From contig JAMOPO010000027.1 of the NCBI GenBank assembly GCA_027064425.1, forward strand, positions 1 to 64,000: DNA of 64,000 nt, written 5' to 3'. The DNA comes from Methanobacteriota archaeon. GTDB lineage: Archaea > JAADCQ01 > Methanopyri > Methanopyrales > Methanopyraceae. A program made the translations under genes and the position numbers. Positions 9,614 through 19,221 of the stretch are shown in pieces (position 1 is the stretch's first letter; each line of letters opens with the position of its first letter). A model generated the notes under the pieces. It worked only from the letters and a program-made list of their open reading frames with translations, was not told where the DNA came from and ran no database searches.

Positions 9614-10479
9614 TGCTCGTCCACCATCCTTTGGATCTCTTCGATCTCGTCCTCGGTCAGGTGCTGAAAGCGCTTCTGCCGCTTGAGATACTCCTCGACC
9701 GGCTTCCGCTCCTTGGGCCGGTAAGTCAGACGGAACTCGCCGTCCTCAACCTCGTACAGGACCCACATGCCGGTCTCCACGGCCAGCTCACCGATCTCGA
9801 TGGTCTCGGAGGAATCGTAACCCCAGCCGGGTGGGCACGGGCAGAGCACGTGGACGTAGGCGGGCCCGTCGACCTTCTTGGCCTTCTTCACCTTCTTGAT
9901 AAGGTCCTGCGGGAAGGACACGCAGGCGGTGGCGACGTAGGGTACGCCGTGGTCGACCATGATCCTCGGCACGTCTTTCTTGGGCCTCATCTCACCGCGC
10001 CAGACTTTGCCCGCGGGCGTGGTGGTCGTGGCCGCGTAAGGCGGGGTGGCGCCGCTCCGCTGCACGCCCGTGTTCATGTACGCCTCGTTATCATAACATA
10101 TGTACACGACGTTATGGCCGCGCTCCACCATGCCGGACAGCGCCTGGAAGCCGATGTCGACGGTGCCGCCGTCGCCCGCGAAGACGGCGACGGTCACGTC
10201 GTCCTTACCCAGGGCTTTGAGGGCGCGCTCGACGCCGGAGGCGACGGCGGCCGCGTTCTCGAAGGCGACGTGGATCCATGGGACCTTCCACGCGGTCTCG
10301 GGGTACGGCGTCGTGGTCACCTCAATGCAGCCGGTGGAGGTGACGACGATGGTGTTCTTACCGAGCGCCTTCAGGCACAGGCGGACGCAGAGGGCGGACC
10401 CGCACCCGGCGCAGGCGCGGTGTCCCGGGGCCAGGAGCTCCTCCTCGGGAATGGGCAGCCGGGGCTTCCGCCCGCCCAA
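9580..10479 (-). CDS. porB: Pyruvate:ferredoxin oxidoreductase beta subunit
   Basis: [12 protein letters not shown]...[13 protein letters not shown] motif; TTG start. Confidence 0.95.
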   Translation of the reverse strand: MGGRKPRLPIPEEELLAPGHRACAGCGSALCVRLCLKALGKNTIVVTSTGCIEVTTTPYPETAWKVPWIHVAFENAAAVASGVERALKALGKDDVTVAVFAGDGGTVDIGFQALSGMVERGHNVVYICYDNEAYMNTGVQRSGATPPYAATTTTPAGKVWRGEMRPKKDVPRIMVDHGVPYVATACVSFPQDLIKKVKKAKKVDGPAYVHVLCPCPPGWGYDSSETIEIGELAVETGMWVLYEVEDGEFRLTYRPKERKPVEEYLKRQKRFQHLTEDEIEEIQRMVDEQWEELEKLAEK

Positions 10480-10490
10480 CCCGGGACCCC

Positions 10491-11648
10491 CTACGCGTTC
10501 ACGTTGATCCAGACGGGCTCGTCCGTTCCCTTCCCCTTCTCCGCGACCTCGATGGCCTTGAGCACGTCTTCCGGTCGGATGTCTCGGCCACCGAGCCCGG
10601 CGATGGTGGAGGAGATCTCGACGTCGGGGGCGTGCGCCTTCACGTCGGTCCATAGGGGCGGCATGGCTCCGTACGAGTGAGCCCGGTCGATCGTGACCAC
10701 GCCCTCTCGATCTTGGATGATCTCGGCGATCTGCTCGCCCGGGAAGGGGCGGTAGGATTTGACCCGGATGAGTCCGACGTCGGGTCGCTCCTCGTCGATC
10801 ACGTGCTTGACGGTCCCGCAGACTGAGCCCATCGCGATCACGATGTAGTCGGCGTCCTCGGTGTTATACTCCTCAACAAGCCCGTTGCCGTACGAGCGAC
10901 CGAACTCGTCCGCGAACTCACGGTTAACCTCCCCGATGACCCTCTCGGCCTCCTTCATCGCCTCGTCCTGCATCTTCTTGAACTCCATGTAGCAGTCCGG
11001 ACCGCCGACGGGGCCCAGCGTCATGGGTTCCTCCGGGTCGAGACGGCAGTGCGTGGGCTCGAACTCACCGACGAACTCCTGCACCTTCTCCTTCGGCGGG
11101 ATCTCCACGGGCTCAAGCGTGTGGGACAGGGTGAACCCGTCGAAGCAGACCATCACGGGCAGGAGCACGTCCTCGTGCTCGGCGATTCGATAAGCCTGGA
11201 TGATCGTGTCGAGGATCTCCTGGTTGGACTCACAGTACAGCTGGATCCAGCAGGCGTCGCGCTGCGCCATGGCGTCCGAGTGGTCGCACCAGATGTTGAT
11301 CGGCGCGGAGAGGGCGCGGTTGGCCACGGCCATGACGATGGGTAGCCGCATGCCGGAGGCAATGAACAGAACCTCGTGCATCAGTGCCAGGCCCTGCGAG
11401 GCGGTGGCCGTGAACACGCGCACGCCGGTCGCTGAGGCCCCGATGACCGCGCTGATGGCGCTGTGCTCGGACTCGACGTGGATGAACTCCGCGTCGAGCT
11501 CCCCGTTGGCGATGAACTCGGAGAGGTACTCCACGACGGGCGTTTGAGGCGTGATGGGGTACGCGGCGATGACGTCAACGTCGACCAGCCTCACCGCCTC
11601 CGCCGCCGCGTAGTTTCCATTTATCACGCGCACCTCGGACTCCGACAA
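10491..11648 (-). CDS. porA: Pyruvate:ferredoxin oxidoreductase alpha subunit
   Basis: [37 protein letters not shown]. Confidence 0.96.
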   Translation of the reverse strand: MSESEVRVINGNYAAAEAVRLVDVDVIAAYPITPQTPVVEYLSEFIANGELDAEFIHVESEHSAISAVIGASATGVRVFTATASQGLALMHEVLFIASGMRLPIVMAVANRALSAPINIWCDHSDAMAQRDACWIQLYCESNQEILDTIIQAYRIAEHEDVLLPVMVCFDGFTLSHTLEPVEIPPKEKVQEFVGEFEPTHCRLDPEEPMTLGPVGGPDCYMEFKKMQDEAMKEAERVIGEVNREFADEFGRSYGNGLVEEYNTEDADYIVIAMGSVCGTVKHVIDEERPDVGLIRVKSYRPFPGEQIAEIIQDREGVVTIDRAHSYGAMPPLWTDVKAHAPDVEISSTIAGLGGRDIRPEDVLKAIEVAEKGKGTDEPVWINVNA

Positions 11649-11661
11649 CGCGGGCGTCCCC

Positions 11662-11937
11662 TCACTCCGCCTCCTCTTCCATTACCATCTCAATGGCGTC
11701 GGTCGGGCAGACCTTCGAGCAAATTCCGCACCCTTTGCAGTAATCGTAATCGATCTCGAACCCGTCCTCCGTGGGCCTGATGCACCCGTCCGGGCAGAAC
11801 ATGAAGCACTTGGCGCAGCCGACGCACTTCTCCTCGTCCAGGACGGGCCGGAAGACCCTCCACCGGCCGGTCTTGTTTCGACGCGTGCTCCCGGGCTCCC
11901 TGACGACCGCCCCGATCGTGTACTCCGTCTCACCCAA
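11662..11937 (-). CDS. porD: Pyruvate:ferredoxin oxidoreductase delta subunit
   Basis: KTGRWR, two ferredoxin motifs (YDYCKGCGIC). Confidence 0.95.
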   Translation of the reverse strand: MGETEYTIGAVVREPGSTRRNKTGRWRVFRPVLDEEKCVGCAKCFMFCPDGCIRPTEDGFEIDYDYCKGCGICSKVCPTDAIEMVMEEEAE

Positions 11938-12481
11938 CCCTCTCCACCTCCTCGTACGCGCGTCTCACGGCCCGGATGTTCTTCTCCGCTACCTGGCCGG
12001 AGAATCGGACCCGGATGGCCTCCTCCACGGCCTCCAACGACAGGACGCCCGAGGCTCGGAGGTACGCTCCTACCATCGCGGTGTTCACGATCGGCACTCC
12101 GAGCTCGTCGAGCGCGATCTCGGTGGCGTCGACCGCGTAAACCTCGTAGTCCTCCAGCTCCTCGGAGACGTCGTCCCAGTTGCCCTCTTGGGCGTTGATT
12201 ACGACGAGACCATCCTCGCGCAGGCCCTCGGTCACGTCGACCACGCTCATTAGGCTCGGGTCCAGGACGATGACGTGGTCAGGCTCGTAGATTTGACACC
12301 GCACCTTGATGAACTCGTCCGAGATCCGCGCGAAGGCGGTCACGGGCGCGCCCCGCCGCTCCACGCCGAAGAACGGGAACGCCTGCGAGTACTTCCCGTC
12401 CTCCTTCGCGGCGATCGCCAGGATCTCGGCAGCGGTTACGGCCCCCTGGCCGCCCCGACCGTGGATCCGGATCTCGATCAC
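11930..12481 (-). CDS. porG: Pyruvate:ferredoxin oxidoreductase gamma subunit
   Basis: EIRIHGRGGQG, FGVERRGAPV, NTAMVGA. Confidence 0.95.
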   Translation of the reverse strand: MIEIRIHGRGGQGAVTAAEILAIAAKEDGKYSQAFPFFGVERRGAPVTAFARISDEFIKVRCQIYEPDHVIVLDPSLMSVVDVTEGLREDGLVVINAQEGNWDDVSEELEDYEVYAVDATEIALDELGVPIVNTAMVGAYLRASGVLSLEAVEEAIRVRFSGQVAEKNIRAVRRAYEEVERVG

Positions 12482-12493
12482 GCGGCCTCCCCC

Positions 12494-13297
12494 TCACGGG
12501 AACTCCTTCGGGTACGAACCCAGCACCTTGGAGAAGGGAGTCCTCTCGCGGAGCTCGGAGAGTGCCTCACTCCCGGGGTAGAGCATTCGGTGACCCTCGA
12601 AGTCCAGGAAGAACACGTAGTCGCCCAGCCCGCTCTTCGCGGGCCTGGACTCGATCTTGGTGAGGTTTATCCCGCGGTCCGCGAAGATTCCGAGGACCTC
12701 TCTCAGCGCGCCCGGACGGTCCGTGACCGAGAACACCACCGAGGTCTTGTCCTCACGCGTGGGAGCCCGGTCCCGAGTCGAGAGGACCGCGAACCGGGTC
12801 TCGTTGTTCTCCAGGCGGATCTCCTCCACCACGTCGAGGTCGAAACGCTCGGCCAGCCGGGGTGGGCCCAGCGCGTAGCCGCCTTCCTTCGCGGCCTTCT
12901 TCGCCGCTTCGGCCGTGCTGGAGGTAGGGACGAACTCGTGGTCACCCAGCACGTCTCGGAGGATGTCTCGCGCCTGCTCGTACGCGTGCGGGTGCGAGTA
13001 CACGACGTCACGCTCCTCTTCTCCCACCATCAGCGCGTGGACGATCGGGAGCACGAGCTCCCCGAACACCTTCACGTCCTTCCGTAGGAAGTTGTCCAGG
13101 GTCTCTCCGACCGAGCCCTCCAGCGAGTTCTCCCACGGAACGATCCCGAACTCCGCGTTCCCGCGCTCGACCTGGGAGAAGACCTCGGTGATCGTGCTGA
13201 CCGGGCGGAACTCCACGTCGTCCCGGCCCAGGTCCTTCGCGAACTTCCGCGCAGCCTCCTCCGTGAACGTGCCCGGCGGGCCCAAGTAGGCGATCAC
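12494..13297 (-). CDS. pheA: Prephenate dehydratase
   Basis: AYLGPPGTFTE, ENSLEGSV, NETRF, ACT domain with NLTKIESRP. Confidence 0.96.
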   Translation of the reverse strand: MIAYLGPPGTFTEEAARKFAKDLGRDDVEFRPVSTITEVFSQVERGNAEFGIVPWENSLEGSVGETLDNFLRKDVKVFGELVLPIVHALMVGEEERDVVYSHPHAYEQARDILRDVLGDHEFVPTSSTAEAAKKAAKEGGYALGPPRLAERFDLDVVEEIRLENNETRFAVLSTRDRAPTREDKTSVVFSVTDRPGALREVLGIFADRGINLTKIESRPAKSGLGDYVFFLDFEGHRMLYPGSEALSELRERTPFSKVLGSYPKEFP

Positions 13298-14280
13298 TGG
13301 CGAGAAATTCGCACCCCCATGACCTCGCGGGCTCCGGATGCGATGTCCGCCGCGATCAGCGCTAAGCCTCTCGAAGCCGGCTCGGGCGGCAGCACTCCGA
13401 CGGTGTTAAAAGTCTTACCCAGGAGGCCGCGGAGCGCGCTCATGAAGTCCTCATCCTCCGCGAGCCCGCCCCCGATCCACGCCTCGTCGCACTCGTAGAC
13501 GACCCCCAGCCCCGCGACCTCCCACGCCACCAGCTTCGCCAGCGCCTCCTTCCACTCCCGGCCGCACCGCTCGATGAACTCGTTCACGGCGTCCGTCACG
13601 TCCTCGCTGACGCAGTCCGCCACCTTCACCACGCCGCCCCGGGAGAAGGCCTCGTTCGCCGAGCATTTCCCGGAATCCACCGCCCTGATAGCCTCCAGGT
13701 CCAGCGGGCCCTGGAGCACCCCCGGGGCACCCAGGCACGCGTCGATGCCGCCGACGATCCTCCCGTCCTTAACCACCACGGAGACCGTGTTCGAGCTCGT
13801 ATCGCAGACGACCAGGTCCTCGCTGTCCGCGAGCTCCAGCGCCATCCTTGCGGTCCCGATCTTCTCCCCACTCCCCACGTGGGAGAAGATGCGGAAGGCG
13901 CGATCGAGGCCGGGCGTGTCCCGGTGAAGGCCGGGGGCGAGGTAGGCCTCCACGTCCAGCTTCAGCAGCTCCTCGACCATCCTCCGACCCGCGCCGAACT
14001 CCGGGCCCGCCCCACCGGTGTCCTTCAGTCCGAAGCCTACGCCGATCTCCTCCGCCTCCTCCAGCGGGACGAACTCGGTCAGCGCGTCCCCCATCCCGTA
14101 GTTCAGGCACACGCACTCTGCCTCGCGCAGGGCCTCCGCCGCGGGCTCGGGCAGGGCCTCCAGCAGTCCCCGGCGCGCCACCTCGGGTCGGGGCGCCTTA
14201 CCCAGGAACTCCGGATCGCCCTCCCCGTCGTACGCGGCGACCTTCATCCCCGTCGTACCGTGATCGAGCCCGACGTACAT
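13294..14280 (-). CDS. Methanogenesis marker protein 12 (UPF0285, ASKHA fold)
   Basis: VGLDHGTTG, SHVGSGEK, DTSSNTV, GGIDACLGAPG. Confidence 0.8.
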   Translation of the reverse strand: MYVGLDHGTTGMKVAAYDGEGDPEFLGKAPRPEVARRGLLEALPEPAAEALREAECVCLNYGMGDALTEFVPLEEAEEIGVGFGLKDTGGAGPEFGAGRRMVEELLKLDVEAYLAPGLHRDTPGLDRAFRIFSHVGSGEKIGTARMALELADSEDLVVCDTSSNTVSVVVKDGRIVGGIDACLGAPGVLQGPLDLEAIRAVDSGKCSANEAFSRGGVVKVADCVSEDVTDAVNEFIERCGREWKEALAKLVAWEVAGLGVVYECDEAWIGGGLAEDEDFMSALRGLLGKTFNTVGVLPPEPASRGLALIAADIASGAREVMGVRISRQ

Positions 14281-14281
14281 G

Positions 14282-15619
14282 CTACATCCTCACCCTCATG
14301 GGCTCGTGCTCGCCCGTCTCGGGGTCGACCTTGAGCGATCCGAACTGCACGACCTTCACCGCGCGATCGTGGATCAGTCGGCCCTCCACGACCATGCGCC
14401 CGTCCTCGAAGTCCAGCTCCTGGATCACGCCGATGCCGAGCAGGTCGCCCACACCGTCGCACAACCCCACCAGGAGACCCTCCAGCTCGTCCTCGTTGAC
14501 CACCACCAGCTCCCGCACCCCGAGCAGCTTCTTCAGCTCCTTGGCGTGTCGGCCGCCCTTTCCGACGATCCGGCCCGCCTCGTCCTTGACGATGAGAACC
14601 AGCGCGTCGGGGGAGCGCTCGAAGTGAACGATCTCCGGCTCCACGTCCGACACGGCCTTGATCAATGAGATCAGCTCGTCCTCGGGCTCCTCCGGCTCCC
14701 CGGTGCCCAGGAACGAGCGCTGGATGGAGATCTCGTCCAGGTCCAGCTCGACCTCCTCCCGATCCTCGAAAAACTCCCGAAGGATGCGCTCTCGGCGGCG
14801 GATCCTGTCCGCCCGCTCCACCTCCTTCACGGCGTCCGGTACGGTCAGGTCGTGCACCTTGACGTAGTCCAGCGATCGCACCATCCGCTTGATGTGGGAG
14901 ACCTGTCCCTCCTTGTCCAGGAAGGCGACGTGGGTCGGCCGGATCACGTCGATCTTGTGCAGCTTCAGCGCGCGGGCGGGGCCGCCGTGGACCATACCCG
15001 AAGTGTCGATGAGCACTGCGTCCACGTTCTCGGCCAGCGCGAGGTCTACCATCCGGCGGGTTCCGACGGTGGTCTGAAGCAGGTGGCCCGACGGCGTGAT
15101 CGACCCGACGAAGTATCCGTGCCGCATTTCGACCTCGGAGAGCTCGTGCACGGGTTCCTCCATGATCCCCAGCGAGACGACCGCGGGCGGTCCAACGTCC
15201 GACTGCCCGATGTCGGCGTCCACGATCCCGACCCTCAGCCCCCGGTCCACGAGCTCGTTGGCCAGGAAGGTGGCGAGGGTGGTCTTCCCGGAGTCCTGCG
15301 GGCCGATGATCATGCAGACGGGCGTGCCCGAGTACTCCGCCAGCTCCTCCGCCAGGTCGACCCAGTCCGAGGGTGTTTCGAGGCCCTCCTCTTCTTCGAC
15401 CGTCGAGTACTTGGCACCGGTGCCCAGGATCAGCTCCAGCTCCGCTCCATCCTCCTCCGGCGTGATCGTGATCCGGTCCCCGCGCCGGACGACGACCTCG
15501 TCGCCCGACCCCAGCTCGCTCCCCCGGCTGGTCTTGACCTGCCCCTCCACGACCCGGACCTTGGCGGGACCATCCACGCGGACCGAGCCCGAGTCCAGCT
15601 CGACACGCTCCTTTCGCAC
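14282..15619 (-). CDS. Clp1/Grc3-family polynucleotide 5'-kinase with KH-like insertion
   Basis: GPQDSGKTT, DADIGQSDVGPP, IDTSG; inserted GRIVGKGG motif. Confidence 0.85.
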   Translation of the reverse strand: MRKERVELDSGSVRVDGPAKVRVVEGQVKTSRGSELGSGDEVVVRRGDRITITPEEDGAELELILGTGAKYSTVEEEEGLETPSDWVDLAEELAEYSGTPVCMIIGPQDSGKTTLATFLANELVDRGLRVGIVDADIGQSDVGPPAVVSLGIMEEPVHELSEVEMRHGYFVGSITPSGHLLQTTVGTRRMVDLALAENVDAVLIDTSGMVHGGPARALKLHKIDVIRPTHVAFLDKEGQVSHIKRMVRSLDYVKVHDLTVPDAVKEVERADRIRRRERILREFFEDREEVELDLDEISIQRSFLGTGEPEEPEDELISLIKAVSDVEPEIVHFERSPDALVLIVKDEAGRIVGKGGRHAKELKKLLGVRELVVVNEDELEGLLVGLCDGVGDLLGIGVIQELDFEDGRMVVEGRLIHDRAVKVVQFGSLKVDPETGEHEPMRVRM

Positions 15620-15622
15620 GCC

Positions 15623-16444
15623 TCACTCCCCCTGTACGACCATCAGCGAGACCAGCTTCCCTTGAGTCACCTCCTCGAGCAGCTTCTTCGCATCGTCCTC
15701 GTCCAGGACCAGAACGACCCGGTCGTCGACCCGCTTCCAGACCTCCGCCTCTCCCAGCTCGCGCCCGTCCACGAAGACCCTCACCCGATCCCCCTCGCCG
15801 ATATGGATGGCACCGCCCATCGGCTCGACGGAGACCGCCACCTTTCCGGGCGGGAGAGTGTGCGAGACCGGCGGCTTGGAGCCGGCGAGCAGGACCTCGA
15901 CCTTCCCATCCTCCGACACCCTCACGATCGCCCGGCCGACGCCCTCCTCCCGCTCGAGGTCTCGCTTGATCACCCGCTCCACCTCCTCGCGCGAGACGCC
16001 CCGCGGGAACTCGTACTTCCGGCCCGCGACCCGCTCCTTCACGTCCTTGGGGGCGGGCGGCTCGCCGGGGATGTCCCGGATCTCGTCCGGGTCCTCCGGT
16101 AGCTGGTACACCTTCGTCCTGGGGTTCACGGCGGCGCGCAGTCGGGTCTGCAGGATCTTATCCCCGATCACGTCCCCGTACGTGCGGCCCGGGATCGAGA
16201 ACAGGGCCGCGATCGCCCACGCCAGCATCTCCACGTTAGGGTGCTGGTAAGTCATCGCCGTCAGCTCTCGAGGGCCGGCCGCGAACCCGGCCGTGAGCAG
16301 GCCCATGAAGGCGCAGGCGGTCATTCGAATCCGCTCCTCGGCCACGTACCGGTACAGGGCGGCTGCCACGAACGAGCCGGCGAAGACGTAGAACCCCCGC
16401 ACAACGCCCAGCACGATGGCCCACGACAGGCTCGACAGATCCAT
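15623..16444 (-). CDS. Membrane protein resembling the N-terminal part of archaeal TrkA-C-associated membrane proteins
   Basis: N-terminal hydrophobic helices, then soluble LPEDPDEIRDIPGEPP...TLPPGKVAVSV region. Confidence 0.55.
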   Translation of the reverse strand: MDLSSLSWAIVLGVVRGFYVFAGSFVAAALYRYVAEERIRMTACAFMGLLTAGFAAGPRELTAMTYQHPNVEMLAWAIAALFSIPGRTYGDVIGDKILQTRLRAAVNPRTKVYQLPEDPDEIRDIPGEPPAPKDVKERVAGRKYEFPRGVSREEVERVIKRDLEREEGVGRAIVRVSEDGKVEVLLAGSKPPVSHTLPPGKVAVSVEPMGGAIHIGEGDRVRVFVDGRELGEAEVWKRVDDRVVLVLDEDDAKKLLEEVTQGKLVSLMVVQGE

Positions 16445-17388
16445 CAACGCGCGATCACCTCCTGACCGATGCTGATCACGCCCCCTTCCGCAACCCGCCA
16501 CCGACCACCATCCCGCACCAACCGGACCTCCCCAATCTCCAGCTCCTCGGCCTCCGGCAGCTCGCTGAGGCAGACCTCAGCGCTCGGGTCCACGCCCAGC
16601 CGCACCTCCTGCCCCTCCTCGACTCGCATCGCCCCCCGCATCCGCCAGCCCGAGTTCAGGGAGCAGACGCGGCATCCGGGCCGGGAGGAGGCGGCGAGGA
16701 AGATGTCGGTCGGGTGCACGGAGGTGGAGAGGCCGGGCCGATCCAGGGACACCCGGGCCGGGCACGTGCCGGCGAGCATCGCTACATCGGCCGCGACGTC
16801 CAGGGCGGCGTGCTCCGGGGTCTTGTTGCTCACGTTCCCCCTCAGCACGGTGCGCTCGTCCAGCGGGACCCGCTCGCCGTCTACCATCACGGTGAACTCC
16901 TCGTCCGGCTCGATCGCGCCCCGCACGTTCCTGACCCGAGACGGGGCCTCGCCCTCCCGGATGAAAACCCTCTTAGCCGCCCTCTCAAAGCCCCCCTCGG
17001 GCGGATCGGCGGGGCCGCCCAGCTCCTCGACCAGCTCGCGAACGTAGCAGTCCGCCCTCCACACGTGGTCCGCGTACCCGGGTCGACCCCGGATCTCGAC
17101 CTCGGCCCCCGGGCACCCGGACACGAACAGGGCGGCGAGCACGTGCTCCGGAACGATCACGGAGGGGTTGTCCGGGCCAGGCTCGCGGGTCGGGTCCGCG
17201 TGCAGGGTGATCGTGTCCTCCACCATCCGCAGATGCCGGAGGTCCGCGGGCACCTTACCCTCGGGCGTCACGAATACTACCCCGGGCTTCTCCCGGGTCC
17301 TGATCCGGAGGACGTCCTCCTCGGACATCGGCTCGTGTCCTCGGTCGCGCCCGTACTTCCGGCGCACCTCCACGCGCAAGTCGCTCAC
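16444..17388 (-). CDS. LpxC-like Zn-dependent deacetylase homolog (function unknown)
   Basis: PEHVLAAL and PEHAALDVAAD resemble the LpxC EHLxAAL and HKxLDxxGD zinc motifs; downstream His in SVHP. Confidence 0.55.
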   Translation of the reverse strand: MSDLRVEVRRKYGRDRGHEPMSEEDVLRIRTREKPGVVFVTPEGKVPADLRHLRMVEDTITLHADPTREPGPDNPSVIVPEHVLAALFVSGCPGAEVEIRGRPGYADHVWRADCYVRELVEELGGPADPPEGGFERAAKRVFIREGEAPSRVRNVRGAIEPDEEFTVMVDGERVPLDERTVLRGNVSNKTPEHAALDVAADVAMLAGTCPARVSLDRPGLSTSVHPTDIFLAASSRPGCRVCSLNSGWRMRGAMRVEEGQEVRLGVDPSAEVCLSELPEAEELEIGEVRLVRDGGRWRVAEGGVISIGQEVIAR

Positions 17389-17395
17389 CCCGCTC

Positions 17396-17454
17396 CGGCG
17401 ATGAGGAGGGCCACCACTCGGGACGAGCGCTGATGATCGGCCGGGATGACGCCG
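17396..17454 (+). ncRNA. C/D-box sRNA candidate
   Basis: CGGCG - ATGAGGA - GGGCCACCACTC - GGGA - CTGATGA - TCGGCCGGG - ATGA - CGCCG; 5-bp terminal stem. Confidence 0.65.
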
Positions 17455-17469
17455 AGCCGGGGTGGTGAA

Positions 17470-18312
17470 ATGCGGGCCGCCACGGACGTGCACCTACACT
17501 TCAACCCCGTGCGAGGCGAGGGCTACTGCGTGTTCGAGCGGTTCCATCGGGCCGGCGGCACCGGGTTCGTCTCCCCCGTCCTCACGCTGGAGAGCTACGG
17601 GATCAAAGGATACGACCGAGAGGCGTTCGAGCGGGCTTTCCGCCTGCACCTAGAGGGCGTGCGGTTCGGGAGGACCGAGTACCCGCTGCGGGGGTACGCG
17701 AGCCTGGGGTGGCACCCCGCGGAGGTCGCCCGGCTCGCCGAGCGCGACCCCGACCGGGTGATGAAAGTGGCGGAGACGGTCTGCGACCTGATCGAGCGGT
17801 TTCACGCGGAGTACGAGGAGGTCGTGGCCGTCGGCGAGGTGGGCCACCCTCACTTTCCCGTCCCGGACGGGGTCGAGCGGCTCTGTCACCGGGTCTTCCT
17901 GAGGTTCTTGGAGCTGGCGAAGGACCTGGACCTGGCCGTCATTTACCATGGACCGGAAGCCTCCAGGGAGCACTACGCGAGGCTGCGTGAGTGGCTGAAC
18001 GAGGCCGGGTTCGACGCCGAGCGGTTCGTGCGGCACCGGGCCTCACCCGACGTTGAGACGGCCCGGGAGGTTGGCGTGTGGCCGTCCGTTCCGGCCTCCA
18101 GGCGCGGCGTTCGCGAGGCGGCTGAGTCGGGCGAGGAGTTCCTGCTGGAGAGTGACTACCTGGACGATCCCGACCGACCGAACGCGGCGCTGCCCGTCCG
18201 GGCCGTCCCCAGGGCCGCAAGGCTGCTAAGGTTGGTGGACGAGGACCTCGTTCAGCGGGTTATGGTGGAGAACCCGGAGCGGGTGTTCGGGGTGGAGTTC
18301 GAGCCGGTGTAG
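17470..18312 (+). CDS. TatD-related metal-dependent hydrolase
   Basis: DVHLH, GWHP, AVGEVGHPHF, LLESDYLDDP, ENPERVF. Confidence 0.88.
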   Translation: MRAATDVHLHFNPVRGEGYCVFERFHRAGGTGFVSPVLTLESYGIKGYDREAFERAFRLHLEGVRFGRTEYPLRGYASLGWHPAEVARLAERDPDRVMKVAETVCDLIERFHAEYEEVVAVGEVGHPHFPVPDGVERLCHRVFLRFLELAKDLDLAVIYHGPEASREHYARLREWLNEAGFDAERFVRHRASPDVETAREVGVWPSVPASRRGVREAAESGEEFLLESDYLDDPDRPNAALPVRAVPRAARLLRLVDEDLVQRVMVENPERVFGVEFEPV

Positions 18313-18325
18313 CGGGGGATCGGGG

Positions 18326-19204
18326 ATGATCGAGACGGTGGTGTTGGTGCACAATTACCAGCGACCGGAGGTGCAGCTGCTCGCCGACTTCCTGGGAGAC
18401 TCGCTGGAGCTGGCGATGAAGGCCAGGGAGGTGGATGCGGACCGGATCGTGATGTGCGGCGTGGACTTCATGGCGGAGGTGGTGAAGATCCTGAACCCGG
18501 ACCGGGAGGTGGTGATCCCTGACCACCGGGCCATGTGCGGCATGGCCATGCGGCTTCGGGCCGAGGACCTGCGGGAGTTCCGCCGAGAACATCCGGACGC
18601 GGCCGTGGTCGCGTACGTGAACACGACCGCGGAGGTCAAGGCCGAGGCCGACGTGATGTGCACCAGCGCCAACGCGGTGGAGGTCGTGTCCAAGCTCCCG
18701 GAGGATGAGGTCATCTTCGTCCCGGACAACAACCTGGCGGCCTGGGTGGACGCCAACGTCGAGGACAAGGAGGTCATCCCGTTCCCCGGGCGAGGGTGCT
18801 GCCCGGTGCACCACGCGATCACCCTCTCCGACCTTCGGGAGCTGGTCGCCCGGCACCCGGACGCGGACGTGCTCGTGCACCCGGAGTGCCCGCTGGAGGT
18901 CTGCCGCGCCGCGGATCACGTCGGATCAACGTCACAGATCTACGAGTACTGTAAGGAGCGTCAGCCGGAGAAGATCATCATGGGAACCGAGGTCGGCCTG
19001 GGGTTTCGGATCGAGCGGGAGCTGGGCGTCGAGGTCATCGCCCCGGACCACGCCGTGTGCCCGGACATGAAGGTGATCACCGGGGAGAAGGTCGAGCGGG
19101 TCCTGGACGGGAGGGTGCCGGAGCCCCTTCGGGTCGAGCTTGACCGAGACCTGATCGTGGACGCCGAGGAGACCGTGGAAGAGATGTTTAGGATCACCGG
19201 GTAA
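18326..19204 (+). CDS. nadA: Quinolinate synthase
   Basis: HNYQ, GDSLEL, CGVDFMAE, YVNT, CPVH, HPEC, CPDMK. Confidence 0.96.
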   Translation: MIETVVLVHNYQRPEVQLLADFLGDSLELAMKAREVDADRIVMCGVDFMAEVVKILNPDREVVIPDHRAMCGMAMRLRAEDLREFRREHPDAAVVAYVNTTAEVKAEADVMCTSANAVEVVSKLPEDEVIFVPDNNLAAWVDANVEDKEVIPFPGRGCCPVHHAITLSDLRELVARHPDADVLVHPECPLEVCRAADHVGSTSQIYEYCKERQPEKIIMGTEVGLGFRIERELGVEVIAPDHAVCPDMKVITGEKVERVLDGRVPEPLRVELDRDLIVDAEETVEEMFRITG

Positions 19205-19221
19205 CGGAAGGGCGAGGAGGC

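Noticed and set aside
7691-12481. por + fumarase clustering as a novel pathway
   Set aside because: Consistent with the known reductive carbon assimilation of autotrophic methanogens.
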